A stretch of 63,836 bases of DNA, the filler included, from Licmophora abbreviata (lineage: Eukaryota), in NCBI GenBank assembly GCA_900291995.1. It is 8 parts of 8 records of this genome, joined end to end, with 100 filler letters (N's around TTAATTAATTAA, not from the genome) between each part and the next. Parts side by side here need not be neighbours in the genome. Positions count along the whole stretch, not along the records: positions 36,520 to 48,095 come from OLMU01000934.1; positions 48,196 to 53,710 come from OLMU01000935.1; positions 53,811 to 57,487 come from OLMU01000936.1; 5 more parts are not named here. One strand, written 5' to 3'. A model generated the notes under the pieces. The model had not been told where the DNA came from, made no database searches, and worked only from the letters and a program-made list of their open reading frames with translations. Of the stretch, positions 44,071 through 55,123 are shown piece after piece; within the stretch, counting starts at the first letter, position 1; every line of letters starts with the position of its first letter. A program made the position numbers and the translations under genes.

Positions 44071-44874
44071 ATGTGCAAGACAACGGCTCTTCTCGTCGTA
44101 TTCTTTTGCTTTACAAAGCGCTTGCTCTGCTACTCTACTGCGTTTCAACCTGAAATGAGAGCTTGGACGTGTCACGGCCGCTCCAACAAAGAACTTGTGG
44201 AACACCTGGTGCAGGCGAGAATCATCAAGACGCCACAAGTCCAGCAAGTCATGAATCTCGTCGATCGCGGAAACTATGTGCCTCGAAACTCCTACAGTGA
44301 TGCACCCCAGCCGATCGGGTGTGGACAGACCATTAGCGCTCCTCACATGCACGCGCATGCCTTGGAACAAATGCTTCCGTACTTGACCAAATCACAATCA
44401 GAAACCTTGACACTGCTCGATGTAGGCTGCGGGTCTGGATATCTCACAGCTTCTATGGGACGATGGGTACAGGCGAGGAATCCCATTCTAAAGCCTGGTA
44501 AAGTGTACGGCATAGACGTCTACCCCGACTTGATCGACATGACCTACACCAACATCCAGAAGAGCGACAGAGACTTGCTCTTAGACGATACGGTCACCAT
44601 CCAACTGGCCGATGGCTGGAAGGGACTCGTTGACAAGGCACCATTTGACGCGATCCATGTGGGGGCCGCTGCGGTCGACTTTCCGCAGAACCTCATGATG
44701 CAACTCAAGGTCGGTGGAGTCATGATCATCCCCGTCGGTCCTGACGGAGGCTTCCAAAACTTGTACCGCGTGGAGAAACTCAGCGACGCCGTCAACTTTG
44801 CTGCCGAGAACTTTCGCATTACGGAGCTGCTGGGCGTTCGTTATGTCCCTCTCGTAAAGACCGACATGAATTAG
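44071..44874 (+). CDS. PCMT1: Protein-L-isoaspartate O-methyltransferase
   Basis: YSDAPQPIG.GQTISAPHMHA, LDVGCGSGYLTA, APFDAIHVGAAA, QLK.GG.MIIPVG and VRYVPL. Confidence 0.95.
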   Translation: MCKTTALLVVFFCFTKRLLCYSTAFQPEMRAWTCHGRSNKELVEHLVQARIIKTPQVQQVMNLVDRGNYVPRNSYSDAPQPIGCGQTISAPHMHAHALEQMLPYLTKSQSETLTLLDVGCGSGYLTASMGRWVQARNPILKPGKVYGIDVYPDLIDMTYTNIQKSDRDLLLDDTVTIQLADGWKGLVDKAPFDAIHVGAAAVDFPQNLMMQLKVGGVMIIPVGPDGGFQNLYRVEKLSDAVNFAAENFRITELLGVRYVPLVKTDMN

Positions 44875-45095
44875 GAAGTAAGAAGTGGAGGTGGTGAAAC
44901 ATTTATAATTTGGCGGAGTTCATTTCCAATACGGCACTCGATGGCTAGTTTTGAATAGTAATGGGTTCGCTCAAGTAGGATTCTGAAGAAATCGCGATAC
45001 TATGACATGCGCCCGACTACTAGACTTGAAGTTGATGGTTTTCTCTTGTTGATGGCGGCCATGAGTGCAAGACTAGGCTTGCGCGCTTTCGAAGG

Positions 45096-47296
45096 TCATA
45101 TGCGCTTTCTCCGTGTGACCATCACCGCCACAGCTACAGCGATCGTTCCGAAAGCAATCGCGGTAGCTAGCATTCGTCCTTTCTTTTTCTCTTGGGTCGA
45201 ATTTGTCGCCTCTAGCTTCCCGATGATCGTGGTCGCTTCCAATGCCGGCACTTTGTATTGCTGCACCGTCTTCGAGTTCGGATCCAATCCATCTCGCTCA
45301 AGGGACGCCGTCGCCATCGAAAGTATGGCGGACATGTGCCCATTGTATGTCTCTTCCAGTAGATCAGGAAGATGGAAACTGATACGACGCAGTGACGCCT
45401 CGCTCGTCGGTCGCTTTTCCGCAATCCTCACCAACAAGTCCAACGGACATATCAACCCTGGGTGCGCGCCGACCTCATTTGCAACTGTCGTCCGCCAGTG
45501 AACAAGTTCATTGTACAATTTCAAATGTGATTCTTCCCATTCCGTTTCTCCCCTCCTAGCTCGGGCAGACACCGACAGAAACGGATCACTCCTGTATGGT
45601 GATTCCTCTTTGCGTGTCCACACGCGAAGGCAACTCTGCTGGCTCTTGGAAAGCACCGTCATTAGATCCACCTGTAGGCGTAGATCGCCAGCCTCAAATT
45701 CAGTTTGTAGCGTTGGCTCTTCTTTCTTATCCTTGTCTTCAGGGGCAGTAATGTACCCATCGTCTTCGTTCGAATCGATTCTGTTCGACTCGTCACGGTC
45801 GTCATCCTCGTCGTCTTCGTACTGTCGCCACATGGACTGCATCGACTGTACCGAACTAGCTACCATGCGACTTTCGGTGTGCTGTGCTTCTTGATCTACA
45901 TCCCATAGCTCGCGTCTCGTCAAATCGCGCATCATGAGCATACGAAGCTGGATGAGATAGTGTACATCGGATCGGCCGTAGCGAATCATGGACTCAGACA
46001 GCGGACGCTTTCTCCAATCCATCCGCTGATGATCTGCTTTGAGCTGAGCATAGGTTTCACTATCCGTGAGACCGTAGCTTTCACAGACTGTCGCCAGTCC
46101 CTTGCCCTGGAGCCGCAGCACGGTCGCCGCTTCAAATGTATCGAATGCGTTCACGACAAAGATCCCAAAGTCCAAATGCAGTGACTTAATATCCATACCA
46201 CCGATACAGTGGCCAATCTTGACGATATTATAATCTGCAAACAGCGGCGCTAGCAGTGATACCAAGTCCCACACCCCAGGAGCAAACGTATCAACGACAT
46301 ACTCCTTACCGGCGCTCGACACCAATTGCAACAAACACGTCACTTGCACATATTTTGAGGGATTGTACATTTCCATATCAAATCCAATCTCTGTCGGATC
46401 CGCATCAAATAACTCTTGTGCACATTGCTTCATCTTGTCTGCAGAATCGACCAACATCCAATTGTCGTCATGACTCGGAGAGGGAATGGTCGCAAGAGAT
46501 TGGTTCTCGAAGTTTGAAAAGTTAAGCACGTCGACGCCGTCTCGCAAACACTGACTTGGTTGATCAAACAGTTCGTACACAGGTTTCAGCCCTATCTTTG
46601 TTTCTTCCTCGGGGTTTGTCGTGCGGAAGTACCATGGCCTACAGCGGGCCAGTGGAACAAGAGATCCGGTTCGTGTTGGCACTTCGGGCAGATAGTGAAA
46701 GCCATCACTATGAATCGAAATTGCCACAAAGCGATCATCACGGGACGGCCCAACCGAGCAGTGATACAAGTCAACTGTGGAAGGAAAAGGAAGGTCGACG
46801 TTTAAGTGCAATGTATTATATAGTACAAACAGCAGCAACCCGAGAAACCGCGATACATACGGTTCGTGCATAGTTCATGGACACATCGACGCTGCTTTGA
46901 GGTGAGTGTCTTCGGAAGAGCCAAGTACGGGTGTATTAAGATCTCCCGTGTCAGGGCTGGTAGGGTCGTTTCTCCAATTAGAATATCGCTACTGGAACAC
47001 CTGGCTTTGCCACTGCGATTGCTGATGGTTGCCGCGACTGCCGTTGCCGTCGTCGCCGGCCCATTTTCGGAGCCAGAGGAAAAGATTGTTTTCGCTCGAT
47101 CTCGATAGTCCTTGAGATATGTCAGTAAGTGAGTACGCTCAGACGATGTCAAATAAATGGACTTGGTCTCTTTCTTGGTCTTCGCGCCGCCGCCGCCGCC
47201 GTTCTGATGTATAGCCGAATCTTCTCCGCCGTGAGGACTGGATGGGCCATCATGCTTTTCATATGTGGCGATCGGCTTCTTCCAATTTCGAGGCAT
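45096..47296 (-). CDS. R3H plus RRP6/RNase D-type DEDDy 3'-5' exonuclease plus HRDC, with a C-terminal TM; intron 46860-46775
   Basis: LTSKQRRCVHELC..|.DLYHCSVG (R3H); IGFDME, TCLLQL, D...LHLDF, FDT and DWRKRPLS..M.RY...DVHYL (exonuclease); L..WR..VA......P..I (HRDC); MLATAIAFGTIAVAVAVMVTRRKRI-stop. Confidence 0.88.
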
Positions 47297-47729
47297 CTTC
47301 TGTTTCTCGGTACGTCGATTAGAAGCAAGCTTACAGGAGTAGTCGCTCGGCAGCTGAAGACTTCACTCTGAATGCCTCTATCGCTGCGGCGTCGAAATAC
47401 GATGCAGTTACGCGTCCGGCTCGCATGATGTGAAAAGCGGCTCTCATCTCGTGTCTTTCGGAGGGGCGAAAGGACGAAAGATACCGTTCAGTCACGCGTA
47501 TGACGCTCTAGTTCATAAGTAAAAAATGTCATCAGTCAAGATTCCAGTCGTGGATACGGCTTGTTGAGTCGAGTCACAGTAGGTCGCCATGAACAGACGA
47601 AAGATTACACCTTCATCTCTCTGCATCCGATGGAGTTGCCTAATCGCACGTCCATGTACGAGATTGCGTGTTGGTTCTGGTCATCTACGTGGACGATGTC
47701 GACAATTTCAAGCAGACAATTATCGGGAA

Positions 47730-47741
47730 GGGGGGGGGGGG
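47730..47741. repeat. Poly-G tract (12 nt), intergenic
   Basis: Directly visible. Confidence 0.8.
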
Positions 47742-48195
47742 AGCGCTCGGGCGCATGCGTCATTCATTTGCGTTCGTCGTCTATACGGTTGCGCTTTTGG
47801 TCAACCTGGTTTAATGTTACGACGGTTTCAGGCGCACTCTGATTAATTCATTCAGAGGTGTTATCCACAAACGACACAGTTAAAATCAATATTTTGTAAT
47901 AGTGGCTATGAGTAGCTAGTGAAACAGACATCAAGCCCTGGATCATGATGGTGTCCATTGCGACACTCTGAGCCGGTTCTACAGAGCCTTTACCATCCAG
48001 AATATTTCCATTTACTGTACACAACACTCGTTCGACTTGTCGCGTCTACTCACAACTCATCGCAACCCTCAGTCACAGCCACAGCATTGCCCCATNNNNN
48101 NNNNNNNNNNNNNNNNNNNNNNNNNNNNNNNNNNNNNNNTTAATTAATTAANNNNNNNNNNNNNNNNNNNNNNNNNNNNNNNNNNNNNNNNNNNN

Positions 48196-49564
48196 CCGGT
48201 GCCGGCGTCTTGGCTCCAAAGAGACCACCAGCTGCAGGAGCGGGCGCTGCACTTCCGAACAAGCCGCCAGAGCTTGGAGCAGGCGTCGCTCCAAATGCGC
48301 TAGATGCTCCGGGCGCCGCAACAGCCGTAGTTGTCGTCGGTGTAGCTTTCATCACTTGCGCCTTGGCGTTCAACTCCAGTTTCTGCATTCTCTTGGCTTC
48401 CTCGACGCGTGCTATCTGCAAGGCATCTATGCCACCACGTGCGGCGACATTGCGACTGTACTGTGTACGCAACGACTCCATGTGTGCATGGAGAGACGAG
48501 AAGGCATACGTCATGCGAGTAATAGCATCGGCCTGTGCCTGTACGATGGTCGCAACATCAATCTCTTCTTGCGGACTGTGCATGGATCTCGTGACGGCCC
48601 CCAAATCCACTTGCAAAGACGACACTTCTCGCTGCAGCGTCTCCAATCGTCGTAGTAAATCTCGCAGTACTTGCCACATGTACGGAGATGGAATGGTTTC
48701 CAGTCGGTCAACATGCGCAACTTGTTGATCAAGCGACTTCCGAATCTGTTCCTTTACTTGGTCCTGTGCTGTCTTGTCTACGGGATTCGGCACTCCAGCC
48801 CGACTAACTTTCGACAGCTTGACGCCACGTCGCATAGCAACCGCTTCAACGGGCCACATTCCGTACTGGATGGACTGGGTGGTGGAGGTCTCGAACTGGC
48901 GCGTGAGTTCCAATGCCTGGGTCCTAGCTTGTCCGAGTGCATGCTGGAGAGACTGCAGCTGACTCTGAAAACTACCAAGTTGTATGGGCAGCGGTGTCTT
49001 GTGTTGAGGAGACGAGGTCGCGTCTCCGGCGGCGACATCAGCAGGTGAAGAACGCAGATCTCTCAAGAGGGCCGGCGACATGGTTTCGACCATGGCCATG
49101 GTGCGCTTGTGCCTCATCAAATGTTCGTAGATGGCATCGATGGCTCGCTTCGCTTCGGGTGGAAGAGCTGAGTAGGGTGTCTGTCCTGTAATTTGCAGTG
49201 CAGGCTGAGCGGGGGCGCCAACGGGGGGAGCTGTAGCGGGAGTCCCAAACAAGGATGCACCGGGGGCGGGGGCGGACGAACCGAATCCAGGAGCGGCAGA
49301 CGCTCCAAACGCAGGCGCAGGCGCTGCCCCGAAAGCCGGTGCAGGAGTTGTTCCAAAAGCAGGTGTAGGAGGCGCAGTCGTAGTACTGCCAAAACCCCCG
49401 AACGCGGATGGCTGTGCTGCGGTCGTGCTGCCAAATAAGGGTGCGGCCGAAGGTGCGGGCGGTGTCGTTGCTGATGCAGCGCCTGCGAATGAAAAGCCTG
49501 TTGCAGGGGTCGAGCCACCAAGAGCTGCTGGAGAAGGCGCCGATGAACCAAACGAGAACGCCAT
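48196..49564 (-). CDS. NUP58: FG nucleoporin, Nup58/Nup49-like; 3' end lost in the linker
   Basis: N- and C-terminal FG/GLFG repeats flank a coiled-coil core with T.Y..LP......ID and PSPY......L..RL......L motifs. Confidence 0.8.
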
Positions 49565-49852
49565 GGTCTAATGTCGTCGGCGCTGATGATGATGTTGTGC
49601 TGTGGGTGGGTGGGTGGGTCACATGCAACAGAGCATCGCAGCACGATGTTCACTGTGGCGCGATCACAGACACATCAGGTGAGATTTGTACGAGTGGATG
49701 AATGCGGCGTTTTGTAGAGCGCGACCTCGCAATGTGAAACAGATTCAAGATGATGACCATGGCACCGCATGGCGACATAAAATACTTGCCGACGTCCTAC
49801 TTTTGTTCTGCATCGTTTGATTTCACTTTTCTTCGTCGTCTGAAACACCAAC

Positions 49853-50393
49853 ATGGCAGTTCATTCGTTGCATGTGTTCGACCGCAAGGGCAAGACACTC
49901 TTCACCAAGAGATACATCAAGTCACCGCAAGACAACACGGATCCAGAACAGCAGTCGGAGCAACGGAAGCTTGTCTTTGGAATGCTCTTCTCCTTGCGAG
50001 AGCTAATCGGAAGTCTAGCTTCTGAAGAGGAAGGCAAGGCTACAGGTACGTGGTGATAAGGCTTTTTCTTGTGAAGTGAACATTGATCCATCAAATCTCA
50101 CTTCATCATCCGCACACACAGCGCTCCACTCGGTCCGGACAGGAGCTGGAACGCTGCACAATTACGAAACCATGAATGGTCTTCGCTTTGCCCTGTACAC
50201 TACCAACACCGCGTCGGATGCATCCAAGACAAAGGCCATTCGATCCGCGCTGCAGCACATTTACACGGATATTTGGGTCGAGTCGGTAGTTCGATCACCA
50301 CTCTACGATGCCACTCGTCCGATTGACACCAAGACGACTAATTTTGAACAAAATCTGGATGCCTTTCTAGCATCCATGCCGTGGTTTCGTTAG
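49853..50393 (+). CDS. TRAPPC1: TRAPP complex subunit 1 (Bet5, sybindin family); intron 50046-50121
   Basis: VFDRKG.TLF, E.RKLVFGMLFSLR, LHNYET.NGLRF.L.T and L.HIY..IWVE.VV.SPL. Confidence 0.9.
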
Positions 50394-50474
50394 TACGTAG
50401 CAGTAACACACAAAACACTGTTTGCTTTTTCTCTATCAGTAGAGACAAATCTACTCTAGAGTTAGCTACGATTT

Positions 50475-51467
50475 TCATCCCGTCTTTTGTTTCTTGGCAG
50501 CATGTCCACTTGCACTATTCGCGGCAGCGGCGGCTGCTACTGCCGCTTTGCTCGCCTTGGCATTGCTAGTTCGTTGTGCTGCTGCTGCTCGTTTCGTCTC
50601 TTGCAATTGGAGCAATGCATCATCAACGACATCCATATCTCCATTGACCAATTTCAATCTTTCCTTGACGACACCGAGTTCCTTCTGCAGAAACGTCTGC
50701 GCTTCTACCAGCTTATTAAAGTCGTCGAGATCAGTGTACTCAAAGAAGCTGGCCTGCAAGCGAGGGTCGACCATTGGTACTTTGGGGACAATGGAAATGC
50801 GTTGTAACTGTCGGTAGAATATTTCGTGAGGGTTCGTAAAGACGACTTCGTCGAAGTTCTCGGCGACGACGGGTTCTTCTGTCAGTTGATTGGAAGAAGG
50901 AGATGTCCCAGGTGGATATAATTTGATGCCGTGATTCAACTGAGGAGATCGTATCAGACGACGGGAGGGTTGAAGACATATGAGTCGAATACGAGTCGAG
51001 CGCTTCGGCATCACCACGTTCTACTCTCTCGTACACACAGTCTTCAGACTCACCACTATCGGCTTTTCACTTGCATCTTTCCAGATGATTCTTAATTGTG
51101 CTTCAAACTCACCCCATCCCGTTTCCGTGACTTCAAACGGAGCATGCGTCAATTCTCGGACTGGTTGCGCAAAGGACGGATGCAATTGAAAGATGACCTT
51201 GGAAATGCACCCTCCCAAGTCTTCGTCATTGGGGCCTCTTAGATACAAAGTCCACTTGTGAGTGTGATATTCGTCGGCCTTCTTCCCCAAAAAGAAAGCG
51301 ACTGAACCGTAAACAATGGGCAAGCACGCGGTGGTGTTGGATAAGCGCGATGTACTTAGAGTCGACGATGACGCTTGAGTCTCTGCTCTATTCGGTTCTT
51401 TGGAACCGGTCGCACCATCGGTTCCGGAAGGATCAAGCGTCGCTGCGGAGGAGGGCCTATCCACCAT
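50475..51467 (-). CDS. YEATS4: YEATS-domain protein (YEATS4/GAS41/Yaf9); intron 51053-50940
   Basis: PIVYGS.A..LG...HTHKWT.Y.RG...KV.FQLH.SF..P.R....PFEV.ETGWGEFE, then H..KLYP, PVV.E.FDE.VF and a coiled coil. Confidence 0.93.
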
Positions 51468-51888
51468 GGTTCTGGGCGCTAGTCTAGAAGTCTCGTCGCG
51501 CGAGCTGTTTGTTGATGTCGTCGCCGTGCCATCGTCACATTGTCACCCGCCCCGCCGCTCAAATCTCGAACAGATGATCGTGGACTCACTCGACTCACCC
51601 CGAATTGGACGATAATGTATTGTACATATTCATATATTTATGAAATTGTTCTTCATACATGAGCGAATTAATTTTTGATGATTCTAGTGCGCACTGGCGC
51701 GCATTTTTTTCGAAGTCAGTGGGTTTCGGATTTCAGACTTCATCCGACTTCGACATCATCATGAAGATAACAGCGACGACGCCTACAGACGTTCCTCTTC
51801 CACTGTTTCCTCTTGGTCTCATCTCGTAAGGATCACTAGATTCTTGGAAGATCAGGTGTAACACTAGATCGACGGGACAACAACAACG

Positions 51889-53352
51889 ATGTCTAACCAA
51901 GATCCAATGTCGGCCGAACGCCGGGACTACTACACTCCAGAAGATCTGAAGCGCCTCTGGGATCCTAACTGGCTCCAAAACATGTTCTCGCTCTCCGCAT
52001 GGTATCAAGGTCGGGATCCGATTCCATCCATTGACCCTTTGTTTGATAACTACCACCCCTACGCCTGCGACGTTTGTAAACGCGGCCCGTTTACGAACGG
52101 CACCAAGATCTCAGTTTGCAGTCGCTGCCGTGTCGTTCAATATTGCTGCCGCGAGCACCAAAAGGAACATTGGCCTCAACACAAGAAGTGGTGCAAAACA
52201 TACGAGGCTGCACTGAAATTGTTCCCAGAAGATATGCCACCGCCACGCGATATCGAATCTTGGCGGAATTATTCAAGAGTCGTCATGGGCTTGATGGACC
52301 GCACAATGGCATCAGACCTACCGTTCCATTCTACAGCACGTCAGATTGTCGCCCTTCAACCGCGATGTCGCAAGTGTTTTCGAGCAGGTTCCAATGGAGC
52401 CGAATTACATGTCTGTCCTAAGTGTTGTGGGGTGGCGTTGTGCGACAAGTGTTGGAAGAAGGGCGCGAATGTTGCCGACTTTCATTGCTCCACGAACAGT
52501 CCATACGTCGAATGCGAGACACTCACACTTGCGATGGCAGCGACGGGTATGGTGGTGGAACAGGGTAATCCATTGGCGATTCCCTCCAAGACAGACTGCA
52601 AGGAACGCTGGTGGGTTCCTAAAGACTGGCACGAATACTTTGCTCGCAAGAGGACAGACTTTGGCGTGGAGGTTTCAACCATGAGCCAAATGGCCCCCGT
52701 TACTGCGTTTCTAACAGCTGGTATCAGTGTACCGCTCCTTCTTCACATGGTCTTACACAAGCACATGCGCTATTACGAAAAGAACAAGAGCAAGAAGCTA
52801 GTGGTCCACCTTGTAGGAGCTAAAGGTGACGATTACGTTGGGACAGCTCGGTACATTGAGTTGACGCGGCTGAATCCACAATTGAAACTACTACACATAA
52901 TACTCATTGGACCGACAGTATCCGTTGATGGAAAGGAACCAATTGTTCCTGTGGAGCAGACTCACGAGTATCGATTGAGAACATCGTGCGAGGCATGGAT
53001 GGAATGCCATAAAGGTATCTACCATGACTTGGCGTCCACACTGCCGGAACCAACGATTGTGTTGTGTCCAGCTGCAGGCGTGTCGGAACCCACCTATACG
53101 GCAACGTGGGAGTCAAACTTTTCGTACATCAAAGAAAAGAAATTACCCTGTGTTATAACAGGATACGATATCGAAGAAGTCAAGAGAGACGTCCGGCACA
53201 TTCAACGGTGGGGCTTGGATGTGACTGTTTCTGCGACGCCGAATCCGTTTCGGGGTTTGCGACCACATCTCGATGCAATGCGTGACCCACAAGATGTGGT
53301 GTACGAACATTCAGCATATGCTGTGATCAATGGAGGAGAATTCGAAGAGTAG
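51889..53352 (+). CDS. zf-MYND plus MSS51/ZMYND17-like C-terminal domain protein
   Basis: CxxC..CxxC...YCC.EHQ..HW..HK..C, a second Cys cluster, then VHLVGA, ILIGP, G.YHD, P.VITGY..EE and NPF motifs. Confidence 0.8.
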   Translation: MSNQDPMSAERRDYYTPEDLKRLWDPNWLQNMFSLSAWYQGRDPIPSIDPLFDNYHPYACDVCKRGPFTNGTKISVCSRCRVVQYCCREHQKEHWPQHKKWCKTYEAALKLFPEDMPPPRDIESWRNYSRVVMGLMDRTMASDLPFHSTARQIVALQPRCRKCFRAGSNGAELHVCPKCCGVALCDKCWKKGANVADFHCSTNSPYVECETLTLAMAATGMVVEQGNPLAIPSKTDCKERWWVPKDWHEYFARKRTDFGVEVSTMSQMAPVTAFLTAGISVPLLLHMVLHKHMRYYEKNKSKKLVVHLVGAKGDDYVGTARYIELTRLNPQLKLLHIILIGPTVSVDGKEPIVPVEQTHEYRLRTSCEAWMECHKGIYHDLASTLPEPTIVLCPAAGVSEPTYTATWESNFSYIKEKKLPCVITGYDIEEVKRDVRHIQRWGLDVTVSATPNPFRGLRPHLDAMRDPQDVVYEHSAYAVINGGEFEE

Positions 53353-53418
53353 GCTAGGGATAATATGGGGCTCTGAGATAGCTTGGCTATCGTATGTGTA
53401 CAATATTCATAGGTGAAA

Positions 53419-54883
53419 CTAGGCATAAGTGGACCTTCGATTCGTTGAGGTCATCCATACAATGTCTTGATCGTACGTAACATTGGCGAGAATCAGTCCG
53501 TGTGCAGGGGCACATGTAAACTGAGGCCTTTCGCCACTACCGTCATTCCTTTCCCATGATCCCGTCTCTAGTGCTCTCTGTATGTCGTCATACATTAGTT
53601 TCTTCGTTCCCACCGCCACCAAAGCGCCCACAAGAAAGCGCATCATCTTGTACAAGAATCGATCGCCAGTCACAGTTACAGTGAATGTCGTCATCAGCGT
53701 TGATAGTCCCNNNNNNNNNNNNNNNNNNNNNNNNNNNNNNNNNNNNNNNNNNNNTTAATTAATTAANNNNNNNNNNNNNNNNNNNNNNNNNNNNNNNNNN
53801 NNNNNNNNNNACAGTGAATGTCGTCATCAGCGTTGATAGTCCCGAGATGGAGGTTTCAGGGACGGCCTCTATTATGGTAATGTCGTGCAGGGTACAAGCT
53901 GTCGACTCTTGAGCTTGTCGTCGCTTGTCATCCTTGCCACGAGGTGCGCCTCGAAAGGCGGCAAAGTTGCGTGTGCCGCACGTGAGTAGCTCTTCTGCGA
54001 CACGCTGTACATCGTTTATGCAAAACCCCTCGTCCGACTCCAAATGCCATGTGGTTCTCCAACACAGTGGATCATGAACAGCTCCAACCGAAAATGAATA
54101 CTGGTATGTTTTAGCTACACTGTCCAATGTCGGGTGGAATGGAGTCGCGCTGGTGGAGCTTGCCACATTGCGTTCCGGCACGTGTGCCACAGCTCGTACC
54201 TTGACGTCATGCGGCAACATGCGGTTCAGACAGTACATGATTTTAGGTAGATCCATCGATATTGATAAGAAGGAGGCTGATGAATCGTGGGAAGATTGCG
54301 GATGCGGCTTACGTTTCCCCGGAATCGTCATTGACGATGAGACGTGTGATGATGTTTCCTTGTGATCGGTGGACAGACAGTAGAACTGGGCCACCATGCA
54401 CTGCGCATGAACTCCCTTGTCGGTCCGACTGCACCCGTCGACCACAATTTGCGATGGGTCGACATTTCGAAACAGCTTGGCAAGATTCATTTGCAAGACA
54501 TGTTCGACGCTTCGCACCTGCCCCGTGCCTGAATAAGCGATGCCGTAGCCCCGCGCTCGTCGTTTGTTGCGTCCGGAAAGCCGACGATCCGAAAACCTAG
54601 CAGCAGAAGTACTGCTGGTGTGCTGTTGATTGGCAGCACTCCAGCCTGAAAAGTGGGCTCCATCGTAGCTTATTTTGAGCAGCCCAGACACTAGGGGCGG
54701 CACATTGGTGGCATCATCGACGCCTCCGTCTCGCTGATGTTCCGTCGGAGATTTCAACGTCGCATGGCGTCGTACCGAAGATCTTCCTGATTTCTCTCCA
54801 GCTAGCTCTCTACTCCAACCACTACTAGAGTGTACTAGAGTAAGCAGGAAGCACACGAAGACGACGATCGCCGTTGTTGTCAT
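53419..54883 (-). CDS. truA: tRNA pseudouridine synthase TruA/Pus1 family, probably organelle-targeted; split by a false gap
   Basis: ISYDG..FSGW, GCSRTDKGVHA (catalytic Asp), LN..LP.DV.V, K.Y.Y, NFAAF, G.RFLYKM.R.LVG and APAHGL.L. The contig ends overlap by 33 nt across the linker. Confidence 0.92.
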
Positions 54884-55123
54884 GGGCTCATAGTCGCGTT
54901 GTGATCGGATGATGATGTGTGGTGCAAAATGATGTGGTCGGGTCGGGTGGATCAGAATGTGATGCGTCTCTCGCTGTATTCTGTATTTTTGGTATTTTTG
55001 GTATTTTTGGTAATTTGGGCAAGCATCTGGTCTATTTTGCAATTTTGTTGTGTTTTTTTTGCCTTACTTTTGAAATCTGAAATCTGTGGCGAACTCCGTC
55101 AAATCAAGAATCGCTCTGTGACC

